A stretch of DNA of 64,000 nt from Candidatus Saccharimonadales bacterium. GTDB lineage: Bacteria > Patescibacteriota > Saccharimonadia > Saccharimonadales > JANWIN01. Made by a program: the position numbers and the translations under genes. The DNA lies in contig JBBRLY010000016.1 of NCBI GenBank assembly GCA_038231155.1, positions 103,864-167,863 of the forward strand, written 5' to 3'. Positions within the stretch are counted from its first letter, which is position 1. Every line of letters begins with the position of its first letter. The notes beneath the pieces are model-generated. The model made no database searches, was not told where the DNA came from, and was given only the letters and a program-made list of their open reading frames with translations. Shown in pieces: positions 45,857-54,894 of the stretch.

Positions 45857-45948
45857 GTTGACCCAGTTATGTTCCAAGAAGCTTTTTTATGCTCTTCTGC
45901 CTGTTCTGGGGCGGTTCAGCCAGAAGCCTTCTTGGTGACTGGGTCAAC
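45857..45948. repeat. 92-nt imperfect palindrome between the cargo module and the recombinase gene
   Basis: Perfect 11-bp arms GTTGACCCAGT (45857-45867) and ACTGGGTCAAC (45938-45948). Inner 8-bp arms CCAAGAAG (45874-45881) and CTTCTTGG (45928-45935). Confidence 0.6.
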
Positions 45949-45987
45949 CTGAACCGTCCCTTTTGGGACTCTAAGGAGGGCATAAAA

Positions 45988-47673
45988 ATGAAAAATAGCA
46001 AAGGTTTGCGTTATATCGCTTACGTTCGTAAATCATCTGAAGATAAAGAGAAGCAGGAACTTTCTCATATCAGTCAGATTGAGAATATTAAAGACAAGTT
46101 CGGCCACCTCAACATAGTTAAGTGGATGGAACCAGAAAGCCGTTCGGCCTTTACGCCTGGTCGACCAATCTTTAATGAAATGATGGCAATGATTGAAAAG
46201 GGTGAGGCAGACGCTATTGTTGCGTGGCACCCGAACCGTTTATCTCGAAATGAAATTGATAGTGGTGAACTCACCTATTTATTACGAAGTAAATTGAAAG
46301 ATTTACAGTTTTGCTCTTATAAGTTTGATAACAACCCCGAAGGTATCATGATGTTGCAAATTGTCATGAATCAGGGGCAATACCAGTCATCCAAACAAGG
46401 TGTTGATGTAAAGCGTGGCATGGAAACAAAGGCTGATACCGGTGAAAAGCCAGGTCGTGTCATGCCAGGGTATATGAAGCAAACTGTCTTGGACGAGTAC
46501 GGCCAGCCGGTTATTCATGGCAAGAAGATAATCACAATGACAGTCAAAGATCCCGAACGTTACGATACGGTCAAACAAATGTGGAAGTGGTATTTGTACG
46601 AGCGGCAGTCGCCTCAACAAATATGGAAAAGGGTCAACGAGGAATTACATTATAAGACCGTTCCATACAAGAACAGAAAAGACGGCAGTATTAAGGGTGG
46701 CGAACCAATGAACAAAAGTATGGTTTACCGAATATTTCAGAATCCGTTTTATGCCGGCCAATACCTCCATAACGGCGTCCTTCGCAAGGGCAACTACCAA
46801 GACATCAAAATGATCACTTGGGACGAGTATAAGTTGGCACAGGAACTATTGGGTGCAAGAGCGAACCAACGTGTCGGCACGTTTGAATATGCCTTTGCCA
46901 GCATGATCAAATGTGGTGTCTGTGATTGCCAAATACAAGCTCGCCACCGTACCAAGTTCGTTAAGAGCGAGAATAAATTCAAGACGTATGTGTACTATTA
47001 CTGTTCACGCAAAAGCGAAAAACGACCATGCAATCAAAACGATTACACATTGGTTGAGGACGTTGAGCGTGACATTGATATGGAGTTACGCAAATACACC
47101 ATCATTCCCGAATTCAAAGACATGGCATTAAAACTGTTGAGCCGCAATCACAAGATTGAGGCCAGTGAGCGTACAAGTATTTATGACAAACTGCAAAAGC
47201 AACGCAAGACCATGCAGAGTGAACTTGATAGCCTTATCGGCTACCTGCATCGTGAGTTGATAGATGAAGACGACTACAAGCGTCAACGCAACTTACTCAA
47301 GGTTGAGCTGAACAGTATTGATGAACAACTACGCAATACCGAGAGACGTGCCGAGAATAATATGGAACTCAATGAGAAAGCATTCAACTTCGCCGTATAT
47401 GCCCGATCACACTTTGAGAATGGTGACGTCCGAACCAAGAGAGATACGTTGCGGACATTGGGCCAAAGCCTGATACTCAAAGACAATACGCTGTACATCG
47501 AGCCAAACGAATGGTTGGTGCCGATTTGCAATGCTTACCCTGAACTTGAGAAACGCTACATCTGGGCTCGAACCAACAAAAAAGCCACCCTACAGATGAA
47601 AGAGGCGGCTTTAATGGAAATTATGAATACTTGGAGGGCCCACTGGGACTCGAACCCAGGACACCCTGCTTAA
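45988..47673 (+). CDS. large serine recombinase (integrase)
   Basis: 561 aa from the ATG at 45988 (RBS AAGGAGGG). Resolvase catalytic domain YVRKSS...NRLSRN, recombinase domain, zinc ribbon CGVCDC...YYCSRK...C, C-terminal coiled coil. The last 14 codons are antisense to tRNA-Lys. Confidence 0.9.
   Translation: MKNSKGLRYIAYVRKSSEDKEKQELSHISQIENIKDKFGHLNIVKWMEPESRSAFTPGRPIFNEMMAMIEKGEADAIVAWHPNRLSRNEIDSGELTYLLRSKLKDLQFCSYKFDNNPEGIMMLQIVMNQGQYQSSKQGVDVKRGMETKADTGEKPGRVMPGYMKQTVLDEYGQPVIHGKKIITMTVKDPERYDTVKQMWKWYLYERQSPQQIWKRVNEELHYKTVPYKNRKDGSIKGGEPMNKSMVYRIFQNPFYAGQYLHNGVLRKGNYQDIKMITWDEYKLAQELLGARANQRVGTFEYAFASMIKCGVCDCQIQARHRTKFVKSENKFKTYVYYYCSRKSEKRPCNQNDYTLVEDVERDIDMELRKYTIIPEFKDMALKLLSRNHKIEASERTSIYDKLQKQRKTMQSELDSLIGYLHRELIDEDDYKRQRNLLKVELNSIDEQLRNTERRAENNMELNEKAFNFAVYARSHFENGDVRTKRDTLRTLGQSLILKDNTLYIEPNEWLVPICNAYPELEKRYIWARTNKKATLQMKEAALMEIMNTWRAHWDSNPGHPA
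47628..47637. repeat. right copy of 10-bp direct repeat TACTTGGAGG (candidate att core)
   Basis: Overlaps the 3' terminal CCTCCA of tRNA-Lys. Identical to 35001-35010. Confidence 0.45.
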
Positions 47674-47708
47674 AAGGCAGGTGCTCTAACCGGCTGAGCT
47701 ATGGGCCC
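47632..47708 (-). tRNA. tRNA-Lys(TTT)
   Basis: 77 nt. Acceptor GGGCCCA/TGGGCCC, anticodon stem CCTGC/GCAGG, loop CT-TTT-AA, T arm CTGGG-TTCGAGT-CCCAG, encoded CCA. Confidence 0.9.
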
Positions 47709-47832
47709 TTAACGGGGGTGATTATCCTTGATAACTCCTCAAAAGTCAAACTGTATATATCTAAAATGCTTGTAATAATTATGTTTAAACCATAAGCTAT
47801 ATAATAAGTATATAAATAACCAAGGAGTTAAA

Positions 47833-48081
47833 ATGCAACCAAAACATAATTCTATATTCAGTCGATTGACAGGTATGTTTAAAAAGAAGCAGTCTGACGC
47901 TGGACCACCCCCAAGCCCAGACGTAGCTAGTCCAACTATGCCATCATCACCAACTTCACAACCACCAGATGCTTCACCAGCACCTCCACCTCCTCCACCT
48001 ACAGACCCAACACTACCTACAAATGAGCCACCACAGCAAAATCCACCAACAAATCCAACTGGTGGCGGTTTAGTTCAGTAA
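47833..48081 (+). CDS. hypothetical proline-rich small protein
   Basis: 82 aa with RBS AAGGAG 7 nt upstream. More than one third Pro (PPPPPP tract). Confidence 0.45.
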   Translation: MQPKHNSIFSRLTGMFKKKQSDAGPPPSPDVASPTMPSSPTSQPPDASPAPPPPPPTDPTLPTNEPPQQNPPTNPTGGGLVQ

Positions 48082-48146
48082 TTTCTAATACAAAATATCA
48101 AACAAGATTAGCAACAAGTTTTTAAACTTAACATATTACTCAATCT

Positions 48147-48641
48147 TTATTTATGTTTGCTCTTTTTATCTTTACCATGACCTGGTTTATTGAACCACAA
48201 ACTCAGTAAACTAAGAACTGTAGCAATAGCTACAATCACCGTTTGATACTGTTCAACTGTAGGCCAAATATTACTACTGGTTATATTATGACGTATGCCC
48301 CCAGGCATTAATGGTACGGCTAGAAGAACACCCACGATTCCAACAGAGAGAGCCAAAATTAGATTAATAGTATTTTTAATACCATGTACTTTGCCACGCA
48401 CAAATAAAATAGTGAAAAAAGCTGGCGCATAAAGTAGCCCTAGACGTATAGTATCCAAATTTACAGAGTTGCTGGAGGGTGTAAATGAATTTACAAGCCT
48501 TACACTATCGCTACTAACAAACTGGGCCAAAACACTGCCGGCGCAAAGTGATAAAAAAACGATGGCTGCATTGGCCCTTAAGAAGAATATTATGACAGCC
48601 GGAACACCAATTAGAAGACCGATTATTACTACTGCTGGCAT
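48147..48641 (-). CDS. hypothetical polytopic membrane protein
   Basis: 164 aa with about 5 TM helices. Confidence 0.6.
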   Translation of the reverse strand: MPAVVIIGLLIGVPAVIIFFLRANAAIVFLSLCAGSVLAQFVSSDSVRLVNSFTPSSNSVNLDTIRLGLLYAPAFFTILFVRGKVHGIKNTINLILALSVGIVGVLLAVPLMPGGIRHNITSSNIWPTVEQYQTVIVAIATVLSLLSLWFNKPGHGKDKKSKHK

Positions 48642-48678
48642 GCGCCCATAATAGCATAAGCAACACCGAACAGAGTAC

Positions 48679-49581
48679 TTAGGCGCCTACGCGGTCTCGA
48701 CGTCTTTGTTTGGAAGCATTTTGCTCAATGTAATCGATGATTTTTTCAGCAACGTTGTGATCAGTAATGCTTTCAATGCCAAAACCGGGACTAGCATTAA
48801 CTTCTAGCACTAATGGTCCCCGATTAGACCGTACCATATCTACACCACAGATAGATAAGCCCATAGCTCGAGCAGCTTTTTGGGCCGTCTTACGTTCCTC
48901 ATCGGTTAACTTAATCGGTGTACCTTGACCACCTTGATGTAAATTAGATCGAAAATCGTCATCCAAACTTTGACGTAGCATGCTGGCTACAACTTTGCCA
49001 CCGACAACCAGTGCCCGAATATCGGTACCGGCAGATTCAGCAATAAATTCTTGCACTAAAAAACTCACACCTTCGACATAAAAAGCCTGCATTACTGCTT
49101 GAGCAGCTTTACGCGTTTCTGCAAGCACAACTCCACTTCCATGAGTACCACGAGCGACCTTAATAATTAAAGGTACCCCACCGGCTTGTTCAATAACGTC
49201 CTCTACATCAGCAGTCTCTCGAGCAAATACGGTTTTAGGAATTCCAACTCCTGACCTAGCTAGTATTTGTATGCTACGCAGTTTGTCACGCGTACGGACT
49301 AAGGCGATTGAACTGGTAGTTGTAAAAACACCTTGGACTTCAAACTGCCTGACAATTGAGCTGCCATACTTGGTTAAACTGGATGAGATCCGCGGTATAA
49401 TTACGTCAATATCGTTTAAATCTTCACCTTCGTAATGGACTACCGGATGACTCTGTTCAATGGTCACATAACATTTGGCATAGTTAATTACTCGGACTAC
49501 GTGCCCGTGCTTTTCAGCTTCCTCTTTTAGACGCTTGGTTGAGTAGTTACCAGAGCCCTGAGATAATATGGCTATTTTCAT
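48679..49581 (-). CDS. rimK: RimK-family ATP-grasp ligase (alpha-L-glutamate ligase)
   Basis: 300 aa. MKIAILS..., PLIIKVARGTHGSGV, VQEFI, DIRALVVGGKV, GVDMV...PLVLEVNASPG. Confidence 0.9.
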   Translation of the reverse strand: MKIAILSQGSGNYSTKRLKEEAEKHGHVVRVINYAKCYVTIEQSHPVVHYEGEDLNDIDVIIPRISSSLTKYGSSIVRQFEVQGVFTTTSSIALVRTRDKLRSIQILARSGVGIPKTVFARETADVEDVIEQAGGVPLIIKVARGTHGSGVVLAETRKAAQAVMQAFYVEGVSFLVQEFIAESAGTDIRALVVGGKVVASMLRQSLDDDFRSNLHQGGQGTPIKLTDEERKTAQKAARAMGLSICGVDMVRSNRGPLVLEVNASPGFGIESITDHNVAEKIIDYIEQNASKQRRRDRVGA

Positions 49582-50018
49582 GACTTTACCTCCTTCACAG
49601 CTTGAGGGTACTTGGTACCTTTATGTACGTCAACCAAAAAATGATTTTTACGTAGGAACCGGCGGCCTACCAAAACTGGCCATTTCATAGCACTACGGTT
49701 AGCTAAGCTTAGAACTATAGGGTACCTTTTGCCATCTATTAAAATTTCGGTTTGGATCACAAACCTTTTTTCATTACCACCATTACTGCTTCGCACTGTT
49801 GTTGCCCTATATTCATGCGCAGTTATGATAATTTCTGGGTGATCAAATGGTGAAAATCGCAAAGTTTTGCGTTTAGCAGTTTTTTCTTCTTCTATTTTAG
49901 TGCAATGTAGTGCACCAGTGTAGGCACCGGTATCAATTTTAGCCATAATATCGGGCATACCAAACTTAGGAAAGCTGACTTTCTCAAACACACCTATAAC
50001 TTTTTTTTCATCTATCAT
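49578..50018 (-). CDS. RimK-associated retropepsin-like protease (putative ATP-dependent zinc protease family)
   Basis: 146 aa with AKIDTGAYTGALH (DTGA aspartyl-protease-like signature). 4-nt overlap with rimK. Confidence 0.75.
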   Translation of the reverse strand: MIDEKKVIGVFEKVSFPKFGMPDIMAKIDTGAYTGALHCTKIEEEKTAKRKTLRFSPFDHPEIIITAHEYRATTVRSSNGGNEKRFVIQTEILIDGKRYPIVLSLANRSAMKWPVLVGRRFLRKNHFLVDVHKGTKYPQAVKEVKS

Positions 50019-50108
50019 TTTTACTTACCTTCTCTACTTCCGGTTGATACAGTGTCTCATGGCTTATAAGTTATACAACTATACCACTTTTTAGTAATCT
50101 TTACAATA

Positions 50109-50222
50109 CTATTTAGCAGCTTTTTGAACGTGTAAAAAGATAAAAACGATCAAAATAATAATTACAGCTAAAAGCACAATCATCATGGGTATAAACCCAC
50201 TGTCATTGAGGTGTTTTGACAT
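50109..50222 (-). CDS. possible 37-aa single-TM micro-protein
   Basis: Manual ORF MSKHLNDSGFIPMMIVLLAVIIILIVFIFLHVQKAAK between dnaJ and the rimK operon. Confidence 0.2.
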   Translation of the reverse strand: MSKHLNDSGFIPMMIVLLAVIIILIVFIFLHVQKAAK

Positions 50223-50269
50223 CTTAAACTTATTGTAATAACAGTAGTCAATAAACACAACCACTAAGT

Positions 50270-51358
50270 TTAAAGTTCGCTTAATATTTGTTGTTGATGT
50301 CGAGATAACTTAGTAGGTGTATCTACGATTAACGTCACAATGTGAGCACCGCGACCGCGACCATTAAGATACGGTACACCGTGACCAGATAGCTTAAAGT
50401 CTGTACCGCTTTGAGTACCGGCTGGAACTTTCATGTTTACCAACCCATCGACGGTATCAACTTCTAATTCACTGCCTAGGGCTGCGTCTACCATACCAAC
50501 ATGCTCTTCACTTAATATCAAATCTCCTTCACGGGTGAATTGTTTATGTGGCTTGACACGGACGTTTACAAATAAGTCACCTTTTGAGGCTGTTCCATTA
50601 ACTGGATTAGCAATTGCTTCTCCATGTTCGCGCAATCGAATGGTGGCCCCATCATCGACACCAGCCGGTACTTTAAGTTTAATATCTTGGGTTTTGGGTT
50701 GAGTACCGTTGCCTTTACATACATTACAGATTTTTTCAGGTATCTTACCTGTACCGTTGCAGGTGGGACAAGTACTAGCTTGCTGAATATTGCCAAATAT
50801 AGTCCGAGTGAGATTTACTATTTGACCAGAACCTTTACAAGTATCACAGGTTTTCATTTCATAGCCAGGCTCCACCGTACTACCTTTACAATGTTCGCAG
50901 ACATCATCTAACTTTAAGCGTAAGTCTACTTCGGTTCCAAACACGGCTTGTTCAAAGGTTAATTCTATTGAAGTTTCAACATCCCGACCTCGGCTAGGTC
51001 CTTGTCTACTTCCAGATGATGGTCCTCCACCAAAAAAACTGCTGAAAATATCACCTAGACCTAAATCTCCGAAGTCAAAATGAAATTCCTGACCTTGACC
51101 ACCAAAGCCAGCAAATGGATTACCACCGTCGCTGGCGGCACTGCTACCTACGCCAGCATGACCAAATTGATCATATCTTTTGCGCTTATCTGGGTTACTC
51201 AGAACTTCGTAGGCTTCATTGACCTCTTTGAATTTTTCTTCATTACCACCACGGTCTGGGTGATGTTCAACAGCTGCTTTACGAAATGCTTTTTTAACTT
51301 CATCAGCTGAAGAACTTTTAGAAACACCCAGGATTTCGTAGTAGTCTCTTTTGGCCAT
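50270..51358 (-). CDS. dnaJ: chaperone DnaJ
   Basis: 362 aa. J domain with HPD, G/F region, four CxxCxGxG zinc-finger repeats. Confidence 0.97.
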   Translation of the reverse strand: MAKRDYYEILGVSKSSSADEVKKAFRKAAVEHHPDRGGNEEKFKEVNEAYEVLSNPDKRKRYDQFGHAGVGSSAASDGGNPFAGFGGQGQEFHFDFGDLGLGDIFSSFFGGGPSSGSRQGPSRGRDVETSIELTFEQAVFGTEVDLRLKLDDVCEHCKGSTVEPGYEMKTCDTCKGSGQIVNLTRTIFGNIQQASTCPTCNGTGKIPEKICNVCKGNGTQPKTQDIKLKVPAGVDDGATIRLREHGEAIANPVNGTASKGDLFVNVRVKPHKQFTREGDLILSEEHVGMVDAALGSELEVDTVDGLVNMKVPAGTQSGTDFKLSGHGVPYLNGRGRGAHIVTLIVDTPTKLSRHQQQILSEL

Positions 51359-51404
51359 ATAAATATCTTAGTAAACCATCAGGATTTAATCACCCAATAG
51401 TGAA

Positions 51405-53327
51405 TTATTTCTCACCTTTTTCATCTACTACTTCACCCTCAACCGTTTCGTCCTTATCTTTGGAGTCTTTACTATCGTCCCCAGACTCTTGTTTTTTAGC
51501 TTCAGATTCAGCACTAGCCGATTCATACAGCTTGGCGCCAATTGGCATTATTTTATCGCTAAGCTCTTTAGCGGCTTTTTCTAGTTCATCTTTATCAGCT
51601 TTATCTTCGCCAGCTACTGCTTTAGCGGCGTCTATTGCCTCGTTGAGTGTCTTCATGTCCTCGTCAGCCAACTTTTCCTTCTGGTCGTTCTTCATTTTAT
51701 CAGCCTGATAAATAGCCGTATCCAAAATATTGCGGGCTTCGACACTCTCACGCTTCTTTTTATCTTCATCAGCATGAGCTTCGGCTTCTTTGGCCATTTT
51801 CTCAACATCATCTTTGCTTAAGTTACCACTGTTTTGAATGGTAATACTTTGCTCTTTGCCACTGCCTTTATCTTTAGCGGTAACATTCAAAATACCGTTG
51901 GCATCTAAGTTGAAGGTAACTTCAATTTGCGGTACACCGCGAGGTGCTGATGGTATGCCATCTAGAACGAAACGGCCAAGACTCTTATTGTCGGCTACCA
52001 TTTCTCGCTCACCTTGGACAACGTGAATTTCTACTTGTGGCTGATTGTCGGCCGCCGTACTAAATACCTCGCTTTTGCTAGTCGGAATAGTACTATTGCG
52101 TTCAATTAGTTTAGTAGCAACTCCACCAAGTGTTTCAATTCCAAGCGAAAGTGGTGTAACGTCCAGGAGTAATACATCTTTAACATCGCCTTGCAAGACA
52201 CCGGCTTGAATAGCCGCGCCAATGGCCACTACTTCATCAGGATTAACACCTTTCATTGGTTCCTTGCCAAAAATTTTCTTTACTTTAGCTTGAACGGCTG
52301 GCATGCGGGTCATTCCACCCACCAACACTACCGCGTCAATATCGCTGGCTTTAAGTTTGGCATCTTTAAGGGCTTTTTCACTTGGTTCGGCTGTTTTATC
52401 TATTAGTTCACTAACTAAACTTTCTAATTTGGCTCGAGTCAGTTTATGCTCAAAGTGCTTAGGACCATCAGCATCAGCTGTTAGAAATGGTAGGTTGATT
52501 TCAACTTCATTGGTTGAGCTAAGCTCAATTTTGGCTTTCTCAGCCTCATCGCGCAATCGCTGCATAGCTGCTTTATCGTCGCTAACATCTATTCCGCTTT
52601 CTTTCTTAAACTCATCAGCAAGATAATTAACAATTACACGGTCAAAGTCGGCACCACCTAAGTGAGTGTCACCATTGGTACTTTTTACTTCAAATACACC
52701 GTCACCAAGCTCTAAGATGGATACGTCAAAGGTTCCGCCACCTAGGTCATATACGGCAATTTTTTCATCCTTCTTTTGGCCTTTATCTAAACCGTAAGCC
52801 AGCGCTGCTGCAGTCGGCTCATTAATAATTCGCTTAACCTCCAAACCGGCAATTTTACCGGCATCTTTGGTAGCTTGGCGTTGACTATCATCAAAGTAAG
52901 CCGGCACCGTTATAACTGCATCTGTTACTGGACCACCCAAGAAAGCTTCAGCGTCGCTTTTAAGCTTGCCTAAAATCATGGCACTGATTTCCTCAGGACT
53001 ATATTCTTTGTCGCTCATTTTAACTTTTACGCTTGTTCCGCTTTTAACAATCTCGTAACCCATCAGTTTAAGATCGCGCTGGACTTCTTTATCTTCCCAA
53101 CGGCGGCCAATCAAGCGTTTAACTTCGTATATGGTGTTCTTGGAGTTAGTGACCTGTTGACGGCGAGCCACCTGACCAACTAATCGTTCACTATTTTTAT
53201 TAACCGCTACTACGCTTGGCGTGGTGCGGGCACCTTCACTGTTGGCAATTATTTCAGGCTTACCAGCCTGCATTACAGCCATAGCACTGTTTGTAGTTCC
53301 TAAATCAATTCCTATTGTTTTTCCCAT
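51405..53327 (-). CDS. dnaK: chaperone DnaK (Hsp70)
   Basis: 640 aa. [17 protein letters not shown] and canonical Hsp70 sequence throughout. Confidence 0.98.
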   Translation of the reverse strand: MGKTIGIDLGTTNSAMAVMQAGKPEIIANSEGARTTPSVVAVNKNSERLVGQVARRQQVTNSKNTIYEVKRLIGRRWEDKEVQRDLKLMGYEIVKSGTSVKVKMSDKEYSPEEISAMILGKLKSDAEAFLGGPVTDAVITVPAYFDDSQRQATKDAGKIAGLEVKRIINEPTAAALAYGLDKGQKKDEKIAVYDLGGGTFDVSILELGDGVFEVKSTNGDTHLGGADFDRVIVNYLADEFKKESGIDVSDDKAAMQRLRDEAEKAKIELSSTNEVEINLPFLTADADGPKHFEHKLTRAKLESLVSELIDKTAEPSEKALKDAKLKASDIDAVVLVGGMTRMPAVQAKVKKIFGKEPMKGVNPDEVVAIGAAIQAGVLQGDVKDVLLLDVTPLSLGIETLGGVATKLIERNSTIPTSKSEVFSTAADNQPQVEIHVVQGEREMVADNKSLGRFVLDGIPSAPRGVPQIEVTFNLDANGILNVTAKDKGSGKEQSITIQNSGNLSKDDVEKMAKEAEAHADEDKKKRESVEARNILDTAIYQADKMKNDQKEKLADEDMKTLNEAIDAAKAVAGEDKADKDELEKAAKELSDKIMPIGAKLYESASAESEAKKQESGDDSKDSKDKDETVEGEVVDEKGEK

Positions 53328-53369
53328 AATTTATTCTCCTATTCGTTTAAATTCATCTATTATTAGCAT

Positions 53370-53636
53370 TTACTCTTCTAACTTTTCAGCATCTAATTCC
53401 GGAATATGTAGTGTTGTAACATTTTTTTTACTTAGCTGAGCTCGCAAAGCGTCTACGGTCATACTGCCTAAACGGCCTTGTATCATATATCTAAAACCAA
53501 GTTGAACCATAGCTTCTGGGTTGGTTTCAACTAAATCACTTCCACGTATTTGTCGATCGAGTCCATGACTTTTGGAATATGCCTCATGATCTATATGATC
53601 TTCACTACCGGCACTGTTTCCTTCATCTCCCATCAT
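53370..53636 (-). CDS. hypothetical 88-aa protein embedded between grpE and dnaK
   Basis: Track ORF. Its ATG overlaps the grpE TGA (ATGA at 53636-53633). Confidence 0.5.
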   Translation of the reverse strand: MMGDEGNSAGSEDHIDHEAYSKSHGLDRQIRGSDLVETNPEAMVQLGFRYMIQGRLGSMTVDALRAQLSKKNVTTLHIPELDAEKLEE

Positions 53637-54124
53637 TGTTTCTCCATTCGAACTTTTACCATGGCATGACGAATAACATTATCTCCAAGAACATAGCCAG
53701 CTTGCAGTTCTTCAGCGACAACTTCGTGATTACCGTCGCCCTCATCCATGCTGATAGCTTCGTGAAGTCGCGGATTAAATTGTTCGCCAACCGTTTTTAT
53801 ACGTGATACACCAATAGTTTCTAAGGTCTTCTCAAATTGTTTAACAATAGCGTTTACACCCTTTACATAGTCATTTTTCTCAAGATCTTTAGGTACGTGT
53901 TTTAAAGCTCGATCGAAATTATCGATAACCGGCAGTAACTGTTGGATTATGCTGGCTTTAACCATTTCTTGGAGACTACCGATTTGTTCGTCATGACGAC
54001 GGCGCAAATTCTCAGCATCAGCTCTTTCGCGCTGTAAAGCTTCGGTCAGGGACAGGACTTGATTTTGCATTTCTTTAACTAAGGTTTGACTTTGACTGCT
54101 TGGGGTCTTTTTCGGCTTAGGCAT
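53633..54124 (-). CDS. grpE: nucleotide exchange factor GrpE
   Basis: Track ORF trimmed to MPKPKK (163 aa). Coiled-coil N-terminus and [12 protein letters not shown] motif. Confidence 0.9.
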   Translation of the reverse strand: MPKPKKTPSSQSQTLVKEMQNQVLSLTEALQRERADAENLRRRHDEQIGSLQEMVKASIIQQLLPVIDNFDRALKHVPKDLEKNDYVKGVNAIVKQFEKTLETIGVSRIKTVGEQFNPRLHEAISMDEGDGNHEVVAEELQAGYVLGDNVIRHAMVKVRMEKQ

Positions 54125-54827
54125 ATAATACTTCCTCCAAAGTTTCACCGGCATGGCGTACTAGATTCATTACATCGCGGTAACTTTGCCGAGTCGGTCC
54201 AAGAACGCCAATATAGCTATTATCACTGTAGGAGCTGCGGAACCGGCTAATAATCAAGGAACAACCGGCACTTGCGCCAATCGGATTTTCTTTACCAATA
54301 TAGACACTTAAGGGTTCGTTGGGTGCTACCTCATGCAACCATGGTTCCAGATTATCTAAAAGTCTGGCCACCTCTTGGACTTGACCGCGATTGATAAACT
54401 CTGGTTGGCCGAACAAATTAGAAAGTCCACTCATGTACAGCTGATTACCAATGGTGGCTAATCCCAAATTATGTGTTAATTCTACTAAGGTATCTACAGT
54501 GTTACGAATGGTGTGTTCTGGTACTCCACCGCTGTGAACCCGAGCCGATAAAGCTTTTTCAGCCCGCCTCTCCAGTGCTGAATCGTGGCCTTCAGTCAGT
54601 TGATTCACATACAGCCGATAACCGGAATCAGTTGGTATGCGCCCAGCACTAGTGTGCGGTTGATGGATAAATCCCAACCGTTCTAGTTCTGCCATCTCGG
54701 CACGAATTGTTGCCGAAGACACACTAAAGGCCTTAGCCAGTAAGCTAGATCCAACAGGACTAGCAACTTCGGCGTATTGCTCGACAATAGCTTGCAGAAT
54801 TTTCTGCTGACGGTTAGTTAATAACAT
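54117..54827 (-). CDS. hrcA: heat-inducible repressor HrcA, short form
   Basis: 236 aa. N-terminal w[19 protein letters not shown]...[34 protein letters not shown] operator lies upstream. Confidence 0.85.
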   Translation of the reverse strand: MLLTNRQQKILQAIVEQYAEVASPVGSSLLAKAFSVSSATIRAEMAELERLGFIHQPHTSAGRIPTDSGYRLYVNQLTEGHDSALERRAEKALSARVHSGGVPEHTIRNTVDTLVELTHNLGLATIGNQLYMSGLSNLFGQPEFINRGQVQEVARLLDNLEPWLHEVAPNEPLSVYIGKENPIGASAGCSLIISRFRSSYSDNSYIGVLGPTRQSYRDVMNLVRHAGETLEEVLYA

Positions 54828-54849
54828 ATAAATGGCACCTAAAGCTTAT

Positions 54850-54894
54850 GAGTGCTAGTTTAGCTAATTAGCAGTCAAAGGTCAAGAGTGCTAG
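54850..54894. promoter_or_regulatory. CIRCE operator (TTAGCAGTC-N9-GAGTGCTAG, 54868-54894) plus an extra GAGTGCTAG half-site at 54850-54858
   Basis: One mismatch per arm to the consensus TTAGCACTC-N9-GAGTGCTAA. Located 40-67 nt upstream of the hrcA ATG. Confidence 0.75.

Larger units (their letters stand above)
35001..47637. mobile_element. about 12.6-kb integrative island at the 3' end of tRNA-Lys(TTT), with a large serine recombinase, RM+KAP cargo and a small phage-like gene module
   Basis: The recombinase abuts and overlaps the tRNA. There is a 10-bp direct repeat at both ends. Spot GC counts are about 47-48% inside versus 35-42% in the flanking backbone. Cargo is typical of defence islands. 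Confidence 0.55.

Noticed and set aside
45857-45948. The palindrome as attP of the serine integrase.
   Set aside because: The element appears integrated (tRNA junction at 47628-47637), so an intact attP should not exist. The palindrome has no similarity to the junction sequences.
45889-45987. 33-codon N-terminal extension of the recombinase ORF.
   Set aside because: The internal ATG at 45988 has a strong RBS (AAGGAGGG) and is followed at once by the resolvase-domain N-terminus. The extension runs through the palindrome.
51400-53439. Plus-strand ORFs antisense to dnaK (102, 62, 71, 107 and 72 aa).
   Set aside because: They are shadow ORFs of a canonical Hsp70 gene and have low-complexity S/L/A composition.
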